64,000 bases of DNA from Pseudomonas aeruginosa PAO1 (GTDB taxonomy: Bacteria; Pseudomonadota; Gammaproteobacteria; Pseudomonadales; Pseudomonadaceae): the NCBI RefSeq assembly GCF_000006765.1, contig NC_002516.2; one strand, written 5' to 3'. Made by a program: the position numbers and the translations under genes. The first letter of the stretch is position 1. Every line of letters begins with the position of its first letter. The notes beneath the pieces were generated by a model. That model did not search any database and had not been told where the DNA came from. It saw only the letters and a program-made list of their open reading frames with translations. This document shows positions 12,116 to 24,057 of this stretch, piece after piece.

Positions 12116-12394
12116 TCAGTCGCGGAAATACACTTCCAGGAGATGGTAGCCGAACTGGCTCTTCAGCGGACCCTGGAGCACGCCCACGGGTTTCCTGAAG
12201 ATGGCATTGTCGATGGACCTGACCATCTGCCCCGGGCGCACCTCGCCGAGGTCGCCGCCGCGCTTGCCGGACGGGCAGGTCGAATGCTTCTTCGCCAGCG
12301 TGGCGAAGTCCTCGCCCTTGGCCAGGCGCTGCTTCAGTTGCGCGGCCTCGGCTTCGGTCTTGACCAGGATGTGGCGGGCCATGGCGACGGGCAT
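12116..12394 (-). CDS. ppiC: Parvulin-type peptidyl-prolyl cis-trans isomerase
   Basis: ARHILVK, FATLAKKHSTCPSGKRGGDLG, SQFGYHL. Confidence 0.93.
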   Translation of the reverse strand: MPVAMARHILVKTEAEAAQLKQRLAKGEDFATLAKKHSTCPSGKRGGDLGEVRPGQMVRSIDNAIFRKPVGVLQGPLKSQFGYHLLEVYFRD

Positions 12395-12451
12395 GGAATT
12401 ACCTTTTGCGGTAGGACGGAACGCGCATTCTAGCCCAGGCTCGCCGCGGCT

Positions 12452-14407
<1,956 letters not shown>

Positions 14408-14474
14408 GGCGTGTCCGTCCTTGTTGTTGTTCCGGGACATGCAGGAAGCATAACCGGACCCGCCGCTGCCTGCC

Positions 14475-15395
14475 TCACTCCGTGGACTGGTCCTGCGGCA
14501 GCGCCAGCGAGCGCCAGTCGGTGCCATGCAGCAGCACGTCGCTGAGGGCCTGGGCGGCGGTGGACAGCTTGTGCTCGCTCAGCCGCAGCAGGCCGACCCG
14601 TCGCTGCACCTGCGGCGCGTAGAGCGGCAGGCAGCGCGCGCCGAGTTCCTGCATCTGCTGGATGCACAGGGTCGGCACGGCGCTGACACCGAGTCCCTGG
14701 GCGACCATCCGCCCGACCGTGACCAATTGGTGGCTCTCGAACGCCACCGGCAAGCGACCGTGCTCGGCGGCCACGCTTTCTTCCAGGAGCAGGCGCACCG
14801 CCGAGGGGCGTTGCAGGGTGATGAAGGGCTCGCCGAGCAGTTCGCGCCAACTGATCCGCTCCTGCCCGGACAGCGACGAGCCGGTCGGCACCACGGCGAC
14901 GAAGCGGTCGCTGTAGAACGGGGTGAACTCGAGGTTTTCCAGGGACTCCGGCTCGAAGGCGATGCCCAGCTCGACGCGTCGGTTGCGGACCATCTCCAGC
15001 ACCTGCTCGTTGATCACGTCGTGCACCGCCACGTTGACCCGCGGGTGGCGTTCGCGAAAGGTCTTCAAGACCAGCGGCAGCAGGTTGCCGGCGAAGGAGG
15101 GCATGGCGGCGATGGAGACCTTGCCCAGTTGCAGGGTGAAGTGCTGGCGCAGCAATTCCTCGGTATTGTCCCAGTCGGCCAGCAGGCGCAGCGCCAGCGG
15201 CAGCAGGGTCTCGCCCTCGGGGGTGAGGCTGACGCTGCGGGTGGTACGTTCCAGCAGCGGACCGCCGAGGCTTTCCTCCAGGCTCTTGATCGCCAGGCTC
15301 AGGGCCGGCTGGGAGAGGTGCAGGCGTTCGCCGGCCTGGGCGAAGCTGAGGCTCTGCGCCACGGCGAGGAAGGCGCGCAACTGCTTGACGGTCAT
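14475..15395 (-). CDS. dhcR: LysR-family regulator divergent from dhcAB
   Basis: Lys[40 protein letters not shown]. Confidence 0.85.
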   Translation of the reverse strand: MTVKQLRAFLAVAQSLSFAQAGERLHLSQPALSLAIKSLEESLGGPLLERTTRSVSLTPEGETLLPLALRLLADWDNTEELLRQHFTLQLGKVSIAAMPSFAGNLLPLVLKTFRERHPRVNVAVHDVINEQVLEMVRNRRVELGIAFEPESLENLEFTPFYSDRFVAVVPTGSSLSGQERISWRELLGEPFITLQRPSAVRLLLEESVAAEHGRLPVAFESHQLVTVGRMVAQGLGVSAVPTLCIQQMQELGARCLPLYAPQVQRRVGLLRLSEHKLSTAAQALSDVLLHGTDWRSLALPQDQSTE

Positions 15396-15398
15396 TTA

Positions 15399-15432
15399 TT
15401 TGTTTTTCTCATCAATGGATTGGAAAAACAAA
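15399..15432. promoter_or_regulatory. AT-rich inverted repeat in the dhcR/dhcA divergent region
   Basis: TTTGTTTTTC-N14-GAAAAACAAA. Confidence 0.45.
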
Positions 15433-15526
15433 CTTAACAAATCAGTCCGCAGCGGAGAAGCTCTGTGCGACCCGGCAGTCAGACTGCCGCACGCACAATC
15501 ACAAGAGCCGGAAGAGGCACAGCAGC

Positions 15527-16225
15527 ATGAGCGGACTCGACAAGCGAGTAGGCAGTTACGAAGAGGCCCTCGAAGGCCTGACCGACGGCATGACCGTCCT
15601 CGCCGGGGGCTTCGGCCTCTGCGGGATTCCCGAGAACCTGATCGCGGAAATCCGCCGGCGCGGGGTCAGGGACCTCACGGTGGTCTCGAACAACTGCGGC
15701 GTCGACGGTTTCGGCCTCGGCGTGCTGCTGGAAGACCGGCAGATCCGCAAGATGATCGCCTCCTATGTCGGCGAGAACGCCCTGTTCGAGCAACAACTGC
15801 TCAGTGGCGAACTGGAAGTCGAACTGACCCCGCAAGGCTCGCTGGCCGAGAAGATCCGCGCCGGCGGCGCCGGCATCCCGGCCTTCTTCACCGCCACCGG
15901 CTACGGCACCCCGGTCGCCGAGGGCAAGGAGGCGCGCGAGTTCAATGGCCGCCACTACATCCTCGAACCGGCCATCACCGGCGACTTCGCCATCGTCAAG
16001 GGCTGGAAGGCCGATCATTTCGGCAACGTCGTCTATCGCCACACCGCGCAGAACTTCAACCCGCTGGTCGCCACCGCCGGGCGCATCACGGTGGTCGAGG
16101 TGGAGGAGATCGTCGAGCCCGGCGAACTGGACCCGACGCAGATCCACACCCCCGGCATCTACGTCGACCGGATCATCCAGGGTCGCTTCGAGAAACGCAT
16201 CGAGAAACGCACGCTGCGCGCCTGA
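15527..16225 (+). CDS. dhcA: 3-oxoacid CoA-transferase subunit A
   Basis: [35 protein letters not shown]. Confidence 0.92.
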   Translation: MSGLDKRVGSYEEALEGLTDGMTVLAGGFGLCGIPENLIAEIRRRGVRDLTVVSNNCGVDGFGLGVLLEDRQIRKMIASYVGENALFEQQLLSGELEVELTPQGSLAEKIRAGGAGIPAFFTATGYGTPVAEGKEAREFNGRHYILEPAITGDFAIVKGWKADHFGNVVYRHTAQNFNPLVATAGRITVVEVEEIVEPGELDPTQIHTPGIYVDRIIQGRFEKRIEKRTLRA

Positions 16226-16259
16226 CGGCGGCCGCTACAACGACAAGAGGTTTCCCCAG

Positions 16260-16916
16260 ATGGCACTTACCCGCGAACAGATGGCGCAGCGCGTGGCGCG
16301 CGAATTGAAGGACGGCTACTACGTCAACCTCGGCATCGGCATCCCGACCCTGGTGGCCAACTACGTGCCGGAAGGCATCGACGTCATGCTCCAGTCGGAG
16401 AACGGCCTGCTCGGCATGGGCGCGTTCCCCAGCGAGGCGGAAGTCGACGCCGACATGATCAACGCCGGCAAGCAGACCGTGACCGCCCGCGTCGGCGCGT
16501 CGATCTTCGACTCGGCGCAGTCCTTCGCCATGATCCGTGGCGGCCACGTCGACCTCACCGTGCTCGGTGCCTTCGAGGTGGACGTGCGCGGCAACATCGC
16601 CTCCTGGATGATCCCCGGCAAGCTGGTCAAGGGCATGGGCGGCGCCATGGACCTGGTGGCCGGCGCCGAGAACATCATCGTCACCATGACCCACGCCTCC
16701 AAGGACGGCGAGTCCAAGCTGCTGCCGTACTGCACCCTGCCGCTGACCGGTTGCGGCTGCATTCGCAAGGTGCTCACCGACCTGGCCTACCTGGAGATCG
16801 AGGACGGCGCCTTCATCCTCCGCGAGCGCGCCCCCGGGGTCAGCGTCGAGGAGATCGTGGCGAAGACCGCCGGCAAGCTGATCGTCCCCGAGCACGTGCC
16901 GGAAATGAGTTTCTGA
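16260..16916 (+). CDS. dhcB: 3-oxoacid CoA-transferase subunit B
   Basis: MALTREQMA; VNLGIGIPT, QSENG catalytic Glu, KGMGGAMDLV. Confidence 0.92.
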   Translation: MALTREQMAQRVARELKDGYYVNLGIGIPTLVANYVPEGIDVMLQSENGLLGMGAFPSEAEVDADMINAGKQTVTARVGASIFDSAQSFAMIRGGHVDLTVLGAFEVDVRGNIASWMIPGKLVKGMGGAMDLVAGAENIIVTMTHASKDGESKLLPYCTLPLTGCGCIRKVLTDLAYLEIEDGAFILRERAPGVSVEEIVAKTAGKLIVPEHVPEMSF

Positions 16917-16927
16917 ATCGCGGCCCG

Positions 16928-16960
16928 GCGGCCGGCGCCTCCACGCAAGGCGCCGGCCGC
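16928..16960 (+). other. 13-bp-stem hairpin between dhcB and atoB
   Basis: GCGGCCGGCGCCT-CCACGCA-AGGCGCCGGCCGC, no U-tract. Confidence 0.55.
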
Positions 16961-17064
16961 GCGGACCGTCCTTTCCAGAGGGCGTAGGATAGGAGCCTGT
17001 CGCACCGCCTACGTCCACCCGCAGCGATTCGGCCCGGCCACGGGCGAATCCAGGAGAACCATCC

Positions 17065-18246
17065 ATGCAAGACGTCGTCATCGTCGCCGCTACCCGTACC
17101 GCCGTCGGCAGCTTCCAGGGCTCGCTGGCCGGCATTCCCGCCCCCGAGCTGGGCGCCGCGGTAATCCGCCGCCTGCTCGAACAGACCGGTCTCGATGCCG
17201 GCCAGGTCGACGAAGTGATCCTCGGCCAGGTGCTCACCGCCGGGTCCGGGCAGAACCCGGCGCGCCAGGCGGCGATCAAGGCCGGCCTGCCGGTCGGCGT
17301 GCCGGCCATGACCCTGAACAAGGTCTGCGGCTCCGGCCTCAAGGCCCTGCACCTGGGCGCCCAGGCGATCCGCTGCGGCGACGCCGAGGTGATCGTCGCC
17401 GGCGGCCAGGAGAACATGAGCCTGGCGCCCTACGTCATGCCCGGCGCCCGCACCGGCCTGCGCATGGGCCATGCGAAGCTGGTCGACAGCATGATCGAGG
17501 ACGGCCTGTGGGACGCCTTCAACGACTACCACATGGGCATCACCGCCGAGAACCTGGCGGAGAAGTACGGCCTGACCCGCGAGGAGCAGGACGCCTTCGC
17601 CGCCGCTTCGCAGCAGAAGGCCATCGCCGCCATCGAGGGCGGGCGCTTCCGCGACGAGATCACGCCGATCCAGGTCCCGCAGCGCAAGGGCGAGCCGCTG
17701 GGCTTCGATACCGACGAGCAGCCGCGCGCCGGCACCACCGTCGAGGCCCTGGCCAAGCTCAAGCCGGCCTTCAGGAAGGACGGCAGCGTCACCGCCGGCA
17801 ACGCCTCCAGCCTCAACGACGGCGCCGCCGCGGTATTGCTGATGAGCGCGGCCAAGGCCAAGGCCCTGGGCCTGCCGGTGCTGGCGCGGATCGCCAGCTA
17901 CGCCAGCGCCGGGGTCGACCCGGCGATCATGGGCATCGGCCCGGTCTCCGCCACCCGTCGCGCGCTCGACAAGGCCGGCTGGAGCCTGGAGCAACTGGAC
18001 CTGATCGAGGCCAACGAGGCCTTCGCCGCGCAGTCCCTGGCGGTGGGCCGGGAACTGGGCTGGGATGCCGCCAGGGTCAACGTCAACGGCGGCGCCATCG
18101 CCCTTGGCCACCCGATCGGCGCGTCCGGCTGCCGGGTGCTGGTGACCCTGCTGCACGAGATGATCCGTCGCGACGCGAAGAAGGGCCTCGCCACCCTGTG
18201 CATCGGCGGCGGGCAGGGCGTCGCCCTGACCCTGGCCCGCGACTGA
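17065..18246 (+). CDS. atoB: Acetyl-CoA acetyltransferase (thiolase)
   Basis: [30 protein letters not shown]. Confidence 0.95.
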   Translation: MQDVVIVAATRTAVGSFQGSLAGIPAPELGAAVIRRLLEQTGLDAGQVDEVILGQVLTAGSGQNPARQAAIKAGLPVGVPAMTLNKVCGSGLKALHLGAQAIRCGDAEVIVAGGQENMSLAPYVMPGARTGLRMGHAKLVDSMIEDGLWDAFNDYHMGITAENLAEKYGLTREEQDAFAAASQQKAIAAIEGGRFRDEITPIQVPQRKGEPLGFDTDEQPRAGTTVEALAKLKPAFRKDGSVTAGNASSLNDGAAAVLLMSAAKAKALGLPVLARIASYASAGVDPAIMGIGPVSATRRALDKAGWSLEQLDLIEANEAFAAQSLAVGRELGWDAARVNVNGGAIALGHPIGASGCRVLVTLLHEMIRRDAKKGLATLCIGGGQGVALTLARD

Positions 18247-18458
18247 TCCATCGACCTGCCGCTCGCGGCGTGATCGCGCCATGTCCTTTCGCGGGGGCAT
18301 GGCGCGCTCGTGTCCAGGGAACGAGCGGCGGACGGCCTTGACCGTCCGACCGGCCCCGTACCGTTCCGCCCCTCGGGACGGCCGGGTGCCCAGGGAGCCG
18401 TAGCACACACAGGCGGCCCCGTAGTCGCCGAATAACAATAAAACCGAGAGAATCCGCG

Positions 18459-19883
18459 ATGACCGCTATCCTTCCCATCCAAGAAAGCCGCTCCGCGCGC
18501 TTCGCCATGCGTTGCTCGAACTGGGCCGAGCGCTGGTTTCCCGACTCCTGGGTGTTCGCCGCCCTGGCCATCCTCATCGTCAGCCTGGCCGCGCTGGCCA
18601 TGGGCGCCGGACCGACCGCCACGGCGAAAGCCTTCGGCGACGGTTTCTGGAGCCTGATCCCGTTCACCATGCAGATGGCCTTCGTGGTCATCGGCGGCTA
18701 TGTGGTGGCCAGTTCAGGCCCCGCCTCGCGTCTCATCGACCTGCTCGCGCGGGTGCCGAAGAATGGCCGCTCGGCGGTCTGCTGGGTGGCGCTGGTGTCG
18801 ATGCTCGCCTCGCTGCTCAACTGGGGCCTCAGCCTGGTCTTCGGCGGCCTGCTGGTACGCGCCCTGGCGCGCCGCAGCGACCTGCGCATGGACTATCGCG
18901 CCGCCGGCGCCGCGGCCTACCTCGGGCTGGGCGCGGTGTGGGCGCTGGGCCTGTCGTCGTCGGCCGCGCAGTTGCAGGCCAACCCGGCCAGCCTGCCACC
19001 GTCGATCCTGGCGATCACCGGGGTGATCCCGTTCACCGAGACCATCTTCCTCTGGCAGTCCGGGGTCATGCTGCTGGCGCTGATCCTGGTCTCGCTGGTG
19101 ATCGCCTACATGACCGCGCCGAGCGCCGCCAGCGCCCGCGACGCCAAGGATTGCGGGGTCGACGTGAGCTTCACCGCTCCGGCCAGGCTGGCGCCGACCC
19201 GGCCCGGCGAGTGGCTGGAGCACAGCCCGTTGCTGATCATCCTGCTGGTACTGCTGGCCGGCGGCTGGCTGGTACACGAGTTCTCGACCAAGCCGGCGAT
19301 CCTGGCGATCTCCGGGTTGAACACCTATAACCTGCTGTTCCTGATGCTCGGCGCGTTGCTGCACTGGCGCCCGCGCAGCTTCCTCGACGCGGTGGCGCGC
19401 GCGGTGCCGACCACCACCGGGGTGCTGATCCAGTTCCCGCTGTACGGCTCGATCGCGGCGATCATGACCACGGTCAACGGCAGCGACGGCGAGACCCTGG
19501 CCCACCATATCTCGACCTTCTTCGTACAGATCGCCTCCCACGACACCTACGCGCTGCTGATGGGCGTGTACTCGGCGGTGCTGGGCTTCTTCATTCCCTC
19601 CGGCGGCGGCAAGTGGATCATCGAGGCGCCGTACGTGATGCAGGTGGCCAACGAGCTGCAATACCACCTCGGCTGGGCGGTGCAGATCTACAACGCCGCC
19701 GAGGCGCTGCCGAACCTGATCAACCCGTTCTACATGCTGCCGTTGCTCGGCGTGCTGGGGCTGAAGGCGCGCGACCTGATCGGCTTCTCGTTCGTCCAGT
19801 TGCTGGTGCACATCCCGCTGGTGCTGGTGCTGCTCTGGGCCCTGGGCAGCACCCTGGCGTACATCCCGCCGGTGATGCCGTAG
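18459..19883 (+). CDS. atoE: Short-chain fatty acid transporter
   Basis: Polytopic; FTMQMAFVV, IPSGGGKWIIEAPY; follows atoB. Confidence 0.85.
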   Translation: MTAILPIQESRSARFAMRCSNWAERWFPDSWVFAALAILIVSLAALAMGAGPTATAKAFGDGFWSLIPFTMQMAFVVIGGYVVASSGPASRLIDLLARVPKNGRSAVCWVALVSMLASLLNWGLSLVFGGLLVRALARRSDLRMDYRAAGAAAYLGLGAVWALGLSSSAAQLQANPASLPPSILAITGVIPFTETIFLWQSGVMLLALILVSLVIAYMTAPSAASARDAKDCGVDVSFTAPARLAPTRPGEWLEHSPLLIILLVLLAGGWLVHEFSTKPAILAISGLNTYNLLFLMLGALLHWRPRSFLDAVARAVPTTTGVLIQFPLYGSIAAIMTTVNGSDGETLAHHISTFFVQIASHDTYALLMGVYSAVLGFFIPSGGGKWIIEAPYVMQVANELQYHLGWAVQIYNAAEALPNLINPFYMLPLLGVLGLKARDLIGFSFVQLLVHIPLVLVLLWALGSTLAYIPPVMP

Positions 19884-19914
19884 CGCATCGGCGGACCGAC
19901 CTGGCCCCGATAAC

Positions 19915-20070
19915 TTCCTCTCCCTGAAGGGAGAAGGTTGGGGAGAGGGTAGCCGCGCCGGGAAACGAGGTATCGGCGGATAACGCCTGTGGCGTTATCC
20001 GCCCTACGCAATGGGGCGGGCGAACTCCGGATGGTTCCCTCTCCCTTCAGGGAGAGGGTCTGGGGAGAGG
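19915..20070. repeat. Composite intergenic repeat: two TCTCCC-N4-GGGAGA hairpin units flanking a GTAG-type REP
   Basis: TCTCCC-TGAA-GGGAGA and CCCTCTCCC-TTCA-GGGAGAGGG; central GGCGGATAACGCC-TGT-GGCGTTATCCGCC-CTAC (~19975-20007). Confidence 0.8.
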
Positions 20071-20083
20071 TTGGCCGCCCCGG

Positions 20084-20854
20084 CTACTGCGCCACCCAGC
20101 CGCCATCCATGTTCCAGGCCGCGCCGCGCACCTGGTCGGCGGCTTCGCTGCAAAGGAACAGCGTCAGTCCGCCGAGTTGCTCGGGGGTGACGAAGGCCAG
20201 CGAGGGTTGCTTTTCCGCCAGCAGGTCATGTTCCGCCTGTTCGGGCGAGACGCCCTCGGCGGTGCGCGCGTCGATCTGCTTCTGCACCAACGGGGTCAGC
20301 ACCCAGCCGGGGCAGATGGCGTTGCAGGTCACCGGCGTGCGCGCCGTTTCCAGCGCCACACTCTTGGTCAGGCCGAGCACGCCATGCTTGGCGGCGACGT
20401 AGGCGCTCTTCCCGGCCGAGGCGACCAGGCCGTGGGTCGAGGCGATGTTGACGATCCGCCCCCAGCCGCGCGCGAGCATGCCCGGCAGGGCCAGGCGGGT
20501 GGTATGGAACACCGAGGACAGGTTGATCGCGATGATCGCGTCCCAGCGTTCCGTGGGGAATTCCTGCACCGGCGCCACGTACTGGATGCCGGCGTTGTTG
20601 ACGAGGATGTCGACGCCGCCGAAGGTCCGCTCGGCGAAGGCCATCAGTTCGCCGATCTGCTCCGGGCTGGAGAGGTCGGCCGGGTGGTGCTCTGCGCGCA
20701 CGCCGCGGGCGCGGACCTGCGCCAGCGCCGCGTCGACCTCGCCGAAGCCGTTGAGGAGCAGGTCGGCGCCGGCCTCGGCCAGGCTCAGGGCGATGCCCAG
20801 GCCGATGCCGCTGGTGGAACCGGTGACCAGGGCGGTCTTGCCTTTCAGGGTCAT
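20084..20854 (-). CDS. bdhA: (R)-3-hydroxybutyrate dehydrogenase
   Basis: SDR TGSTSGIG, NNAGIQY, YVAAKHG, QPSLAFVT. Confidence 0.93.
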   Translation of the reverse strand: MTLKGKTALVTGSTSGIGLGIALSLAEAGADLLLNGFGEVDAALAQVRARGVRAEHHPADLSSPEQIGELMAFAERTFGGVDILVNNAGIQYVAPVQEFPTERWDAIIAINLSSVFHTTRLALPGMLARGWGRIVNIASTHGLVASAGKSAYVAAKHGVLGLTKSVALETARTPVTCNAICPGWVLTPLVQKQIDARTAEGVSPEQAEHDLLAEKQPSLAFVTPEQLGGLTLFLCSEAADQVRGAAWNMDGGWVAQ

Positions 20855-20890
20855 GCTGTTTCTCCCGCTGGATGAAAAAAAAAGGGCGGA

Positions 20891-22282
20891 TCAGACCAGG
20901 CCGGTGGCGTAGAACAGCCCGATGACGAAGAACACCGCCAGGGTCTTGATCAGGGTAATACCGAAAATGACCTTGTACGCCTCCCGATGGGTCAGGCCGG
21001 TGACCGCCAGGAGGGTGATCACCGCGCCGTTGTGCGGCAGGGTATCCATCCCGCCGCTGGCCATGGCGGCGACCCGGTGGAGGACTTCCAGGGGGATCTG
21101 CGCGGCGTTGGCGGCGGCGATGAAGGTATCGGACATCGCCGCCAGGGCGATGCTCATGCCGCCCGACGCGGAACCGGTGATGCCGGCCAGCAGGGTGACG
21201 GTGATCGCTTCGTTGACCAGCGGATTGGGAATGCTCTTGAGCGCGTCGGCCAGCACCAGGAAGCCCGGCAGCGAGGCGATCACCGCACCGAAGCCGTATT
21301 CCGAGGCGGTGTTCATCGCCGCCAGCAGCGAGCCGGCCACCGCGCTGCGGGTGCCTTCGGCGAGGCGGCTGCGGATCGCCGCGAAGCCGCTCGCCAGCAC
21401 CAGCAGGATGCCCAGCAGCAGGGCCGCCTGCACTGCCCAGATCGCGGTGAGCTTGCCGACCTCGGTTTGCAACGGCGTGGCCATGCCGGCCAGTTGCAGG
21501 GTATGGACCTGGCCGTACCATTGCGGGATCCAGTGGGTGAACAGCAGGTTGGCGACCCCGACCAGCACCAGCGGCGAGAGCGCCAGCCAGGGATTCGGCA
21601 GGCGCAGGTCATCGGCGGTCTCCGGCTCGTTGCGCAGGTCGCTGCCGTAGCCTTCGCCGTTGCGCCGCGCCTTGTTCGCCTGGCGTCGCAGGTAGAGCAT
21701 GCCCACGGCGAAGACGAACAGCGCGCCGAGGGTGCCGAGCCAGGGCGCGGCCCAGGCGTGGGTGCCGAAGAAGGTCGAGGGGATGATGTTCTGGATCTGC
21801 GGGGTGCCGGGCAGCGCGTCCATGGTGAAGGAAAACGCGCCGAGGGCGATGGTCGCCGGAATCAACCGCTTGGGGATGTCGCTCTGGCGGAACATCTCCG
21901 CGGCGAACGGGTAGACCGCGAACACCACCACGAACAGCGAGACGCCGCCGTAGGTGAGCAGCGCGCAGACCAGTACGATCACCAGCATCGCCTGGCGGGT
22001 GCCGAGCAGGCGGATCGCCGCCGCGACGATGGAACGGGAGAAGCCGGCCAGCTCGATCAGCTTGCCGAACACCGCGCCAAGCAGGAATACCGGGAAGTAA
22101 AGCTTGATGAAACCGACCATCTTCTCCATGAATACCCCGGTGAAGGTCGGCGCGACCGCGCTGGGATCGGTGAGCAGGACGGCGCCGAGGGCGGCGAGGG
22201 GGGCGAACAGGATGACGCTGTAGCCCCGGTAGGCGGCCAGCATCAGCAGGCCCAGGGCGGCAAGGGCGATGATCACGCTCAT
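20891..22282 (-). CDS. GntP-family permease (probable 3-hydroxybutyrate uptake), 463 aa
   Basis: LPGTPQIQN, GITGSASGG, DTLPHNGAV; co-oriented immediately upstream of bdhA. Confidence 0.82.
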   Translation of the reverse strand: MSVIIALAALGLLMLAAYRGYSVILFAPLAALGAVLLTDPSAVAPTFTGVFMEKMVGFIKLYFPVFLLGAVFGKLIELAGFSRSIVAAAIRLLGTRQAMLVIVLVCALLTYGGVSLFVVVFAVYPFAAEMFRQSDIPKRLIPATIALGAFSFTMDALPGTPQIQNIIPSTFFGTHAWAAPWLGTLGALFVFAVGMLYLRRQANKARRNGEGYGSDLRNEPETADDLRLPNPWLALSPLVLVGVANLLFTHWIPQWYGQVHTLQLAGMATPLQTEVGKLTAIWAVQAALLLGILLVLASGFAAIRSRLAEGTRSAVAGSLLAAMNTASEYGFGAVIASLPGFLVLADALKSIPNPLVNEAITVTLLAGITGSASGGMSIALAAMSDTFIAAANAAQIPLEVLHRVAAMASGGMDTLPHNGAVITLLAVTGLTHREAYKVIFGITLIKTLAVFFVIGLFYATGLV

Positions 22283-22414
22283 CGGGCATATCTCCACGGC
22301 GCTGCGGGGCGCGCTTCGCATGGGGAAGGCGCTCCGGGCCTGTTTCTTGTTGTCGAACGGTGCGGGCACCGGCGTGACGGCCTGGAACGGGGGAGGGCCG
22401 TCGGAAAGGCACGT

Positions 22415-22430
22415 TGCGATAACCGTGCCA
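22415..22430 (-). promoter_or_regulatory. Sigma-54 (-24/-12) promoter of the permease-bdhA operon
   Basis: Minus strand TGGCACGGTTATCGCA, GG-N10-GC spacing; adjacent gene is an enhancer-binding protein. Confidence 0.8.
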
Positions 22431-22493
22431 GGCCCCAGAATCGCGGTTTTCGTGGGCTGCGGCGAGACGAAGGGGAGCGTGGGGAATAGCGTT

Positions 22494-22584
22494 GTCTCAA
22501 AATGGAGACGTAATCGAGCGAAAGTTCAGTGGCTATGCAGGTCTCAGTTCGTCTCTATTTCGAGACGAGTCCCGCTATCGAGAC
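22494..22584. promoter_or_regulatory. Three GTCTC-N6-GAGAC palindromes, putative upstream activator sites
   Basis: 22494-22509 GTCTCAAAATGGAGAC, 22551-22566 GTCTCTATTTCGAGAC, 22569-22584 GTCCCGCTATCGAGAC. Confidence 0.65.
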
Positions 22585-23989
22585 GCATGCCCAGCGCCAC
22601 GATCTTCTTGTACAGGGTCGAGCGACCCAGGCCCAGGCGTTTCGCCGCTTCCACCACATTGCCGGCACTCTGCGCCAGGGCCCGTCCGATCAGGTCGCGC
22701 TCGAAGGCTTCGCGGGCCTGTTGGAAATCCCCGACCGGCCTGTCGTCCGCCGCTCGAGGCAGCTCCGGCAGCGGTTGCAGGGGCCCCAGCGCCGCGCCGA
22801 GGGCGGCGGCGTCCAGCAACCGTTGGTCGGCCAGCAGCAGCGCGCGTTCCAGCACGTTGCGCAGTTCGCGGACGTTGCCCGGCCAGGCATGCCGGGCGAG
22901 CAGCGCCAGGGCGTCGCCGCCGAGTTCGTGGAGACGGCCGTGGTCGAGGCTGTCGAGGATCGACTCGCAGAGCGCCGGGAGGTCGTCCAGGCGCTGGCGC
23001 AACGGCGGGATCTCGATCGGCAGGACGTTCAGCCGGTAGTAGAGGTCAGCGCGGAAACGGCCTTCGCGCATCGCCTGCTGCAGGTCGATGGAAGTGGCGG
23101 CGACCAGGCGGATGTCGCTGCGGATCACTTCGTTGGAACCCACCGCTTCGAACTCTTTCTCCTGTAGCACGCGCAACAGCTTACCTTGCAAGGCCAGCGG
23201 CATGTCGCCGATCTCGTCGAGGAACAACGTGCCGCCCTGGGCCACCTGCAACTTGCCTGGCCGGCCCTTGCGCTCGGCACCGGTGAAGGCCCCCGGGGCG
23301 GTACCGAAGAATTCGGCCTCCAGCAGGCTTTCCGGGATCGCCGCGGCGTTCACGCTGACGAAGGCCTTGTGCGCCCGCGGCGAAGCGCTGTGGATGGCGT
23401 GGGCGAGCAGTTCCTTGCCGGTGCCGGTCTCGCCGAGCAACAGCACCGGCGCTTCGCTGGCCGCGCCACGACGGGCGCGGCGCTTGACTTCCAGGCTGAC
23501 CGGACTGGTGCCGACGAAGTGGCTGAAGCTGTACTTGGCCTGGCGCGCCTGCAATTGCGAGCGGGTCGAGGCCAGTTCGCGCTGCATGCTCAGGTAGCGG
23601 GTCACCAGCGGCGACAGCGAACGCAGTTCGTCGAGCAGGGCGAAGCCGATGGCGCCGATCACTTCGCCGGCGTCGTCGTGGATCGGCAGGCGCATCACCA
23701 CCAGCGGGTCCTTCGCGCTGTCCATCATGTCCAGCAGGATCGGCTTGCCGCTGCCTACCACTTCGCGCAGCAGGCTACCGGGGATCACGCTTTCGCAGGG
23801 CCGGCCGATGGCCTGCGCCGGGTCGGCGAGGCCGAAACGCTGGGCGTAGCGCTGGTTGATCCAGACGATGCGGGCCTCGCGGTCGACGATCACCGTGCCT
23901 TCGCTGGAGCCTTCGACGATCTCGAACAGCGAACGGATCGCCTGCTGGCGCACGCGTTGGTAATCCTGGAGGCTGTCGGCGTCGTTCAT
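22544..23989 (-). CDS. hbcR: Sigma-54 enhancer-binding protein (PAS-AAA-Fis HTH), 481 aa
   Basis: GETGTGKE, GAFTGA, LFLDEIG, C-terminal AAKRLGLGRSTLYKK; start MNDADSLQ with GGAG SD. Confidence 0.85.
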   Translation of the reverse strand: MNDADSLQDYQRVRQQAIRSLFEIVEGSSEGTVIVDREARIVWINQRYAQRFGLADPAQAIGRPCESVIPGSLLREVVGSGKPILLDMMDSAKDPLVVMRLPIHDDAGEVIGAIGFALLDELRSLSPLVTRYLSMQRELASTRSQLQARQAKYSFSHFVGTSPVSLEVKRRARRGAASEAPVLLLGETGTGKELLAHAIHSASPRAHKAFVSVNAAAIPESLLEAEFFGTAPGAFTGAERKGRPGKLQVAQGGTLFLDEIGDMPLALQGKLLRVLQEKEFEAVGSNEVIRSDIRLVAATSIDLQQAMREGRFRADLYYRLNVLPIEIPPLRQRLDDLPALCESILDSLDHGRLHELGGDALALLARHAWPGNVRELRNVLERALLLADQRLLDAAALGAALGPLQPLPELPRAADDRPVGDFQQAREAFERDLIGRALAQSAGNVVEAAKRLGLGRSTLYKKIVALGMRLDSGTRLEIETN

Positions 23990-24057
23990 CGGCGGCTCCT
24001 GCGGCGGACGGCGAAACGGCCCGCCACTGTAGCCGGGAAGCCGCTCGCGGTGAAGGC

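Noticed and set aside
19915-20070. Repeat cluster as a mini-CRISPR or IS end
   Set aside because: Only two hairpin units, no regular repeat-spacer period, no cas or transposase gene
20875-20883. A9 homopolymer between the permease and bdhA as a phase-variation tract
   Set aside because: Intergenic and not within a recognisable promoter spacer; length change would not shift a frame
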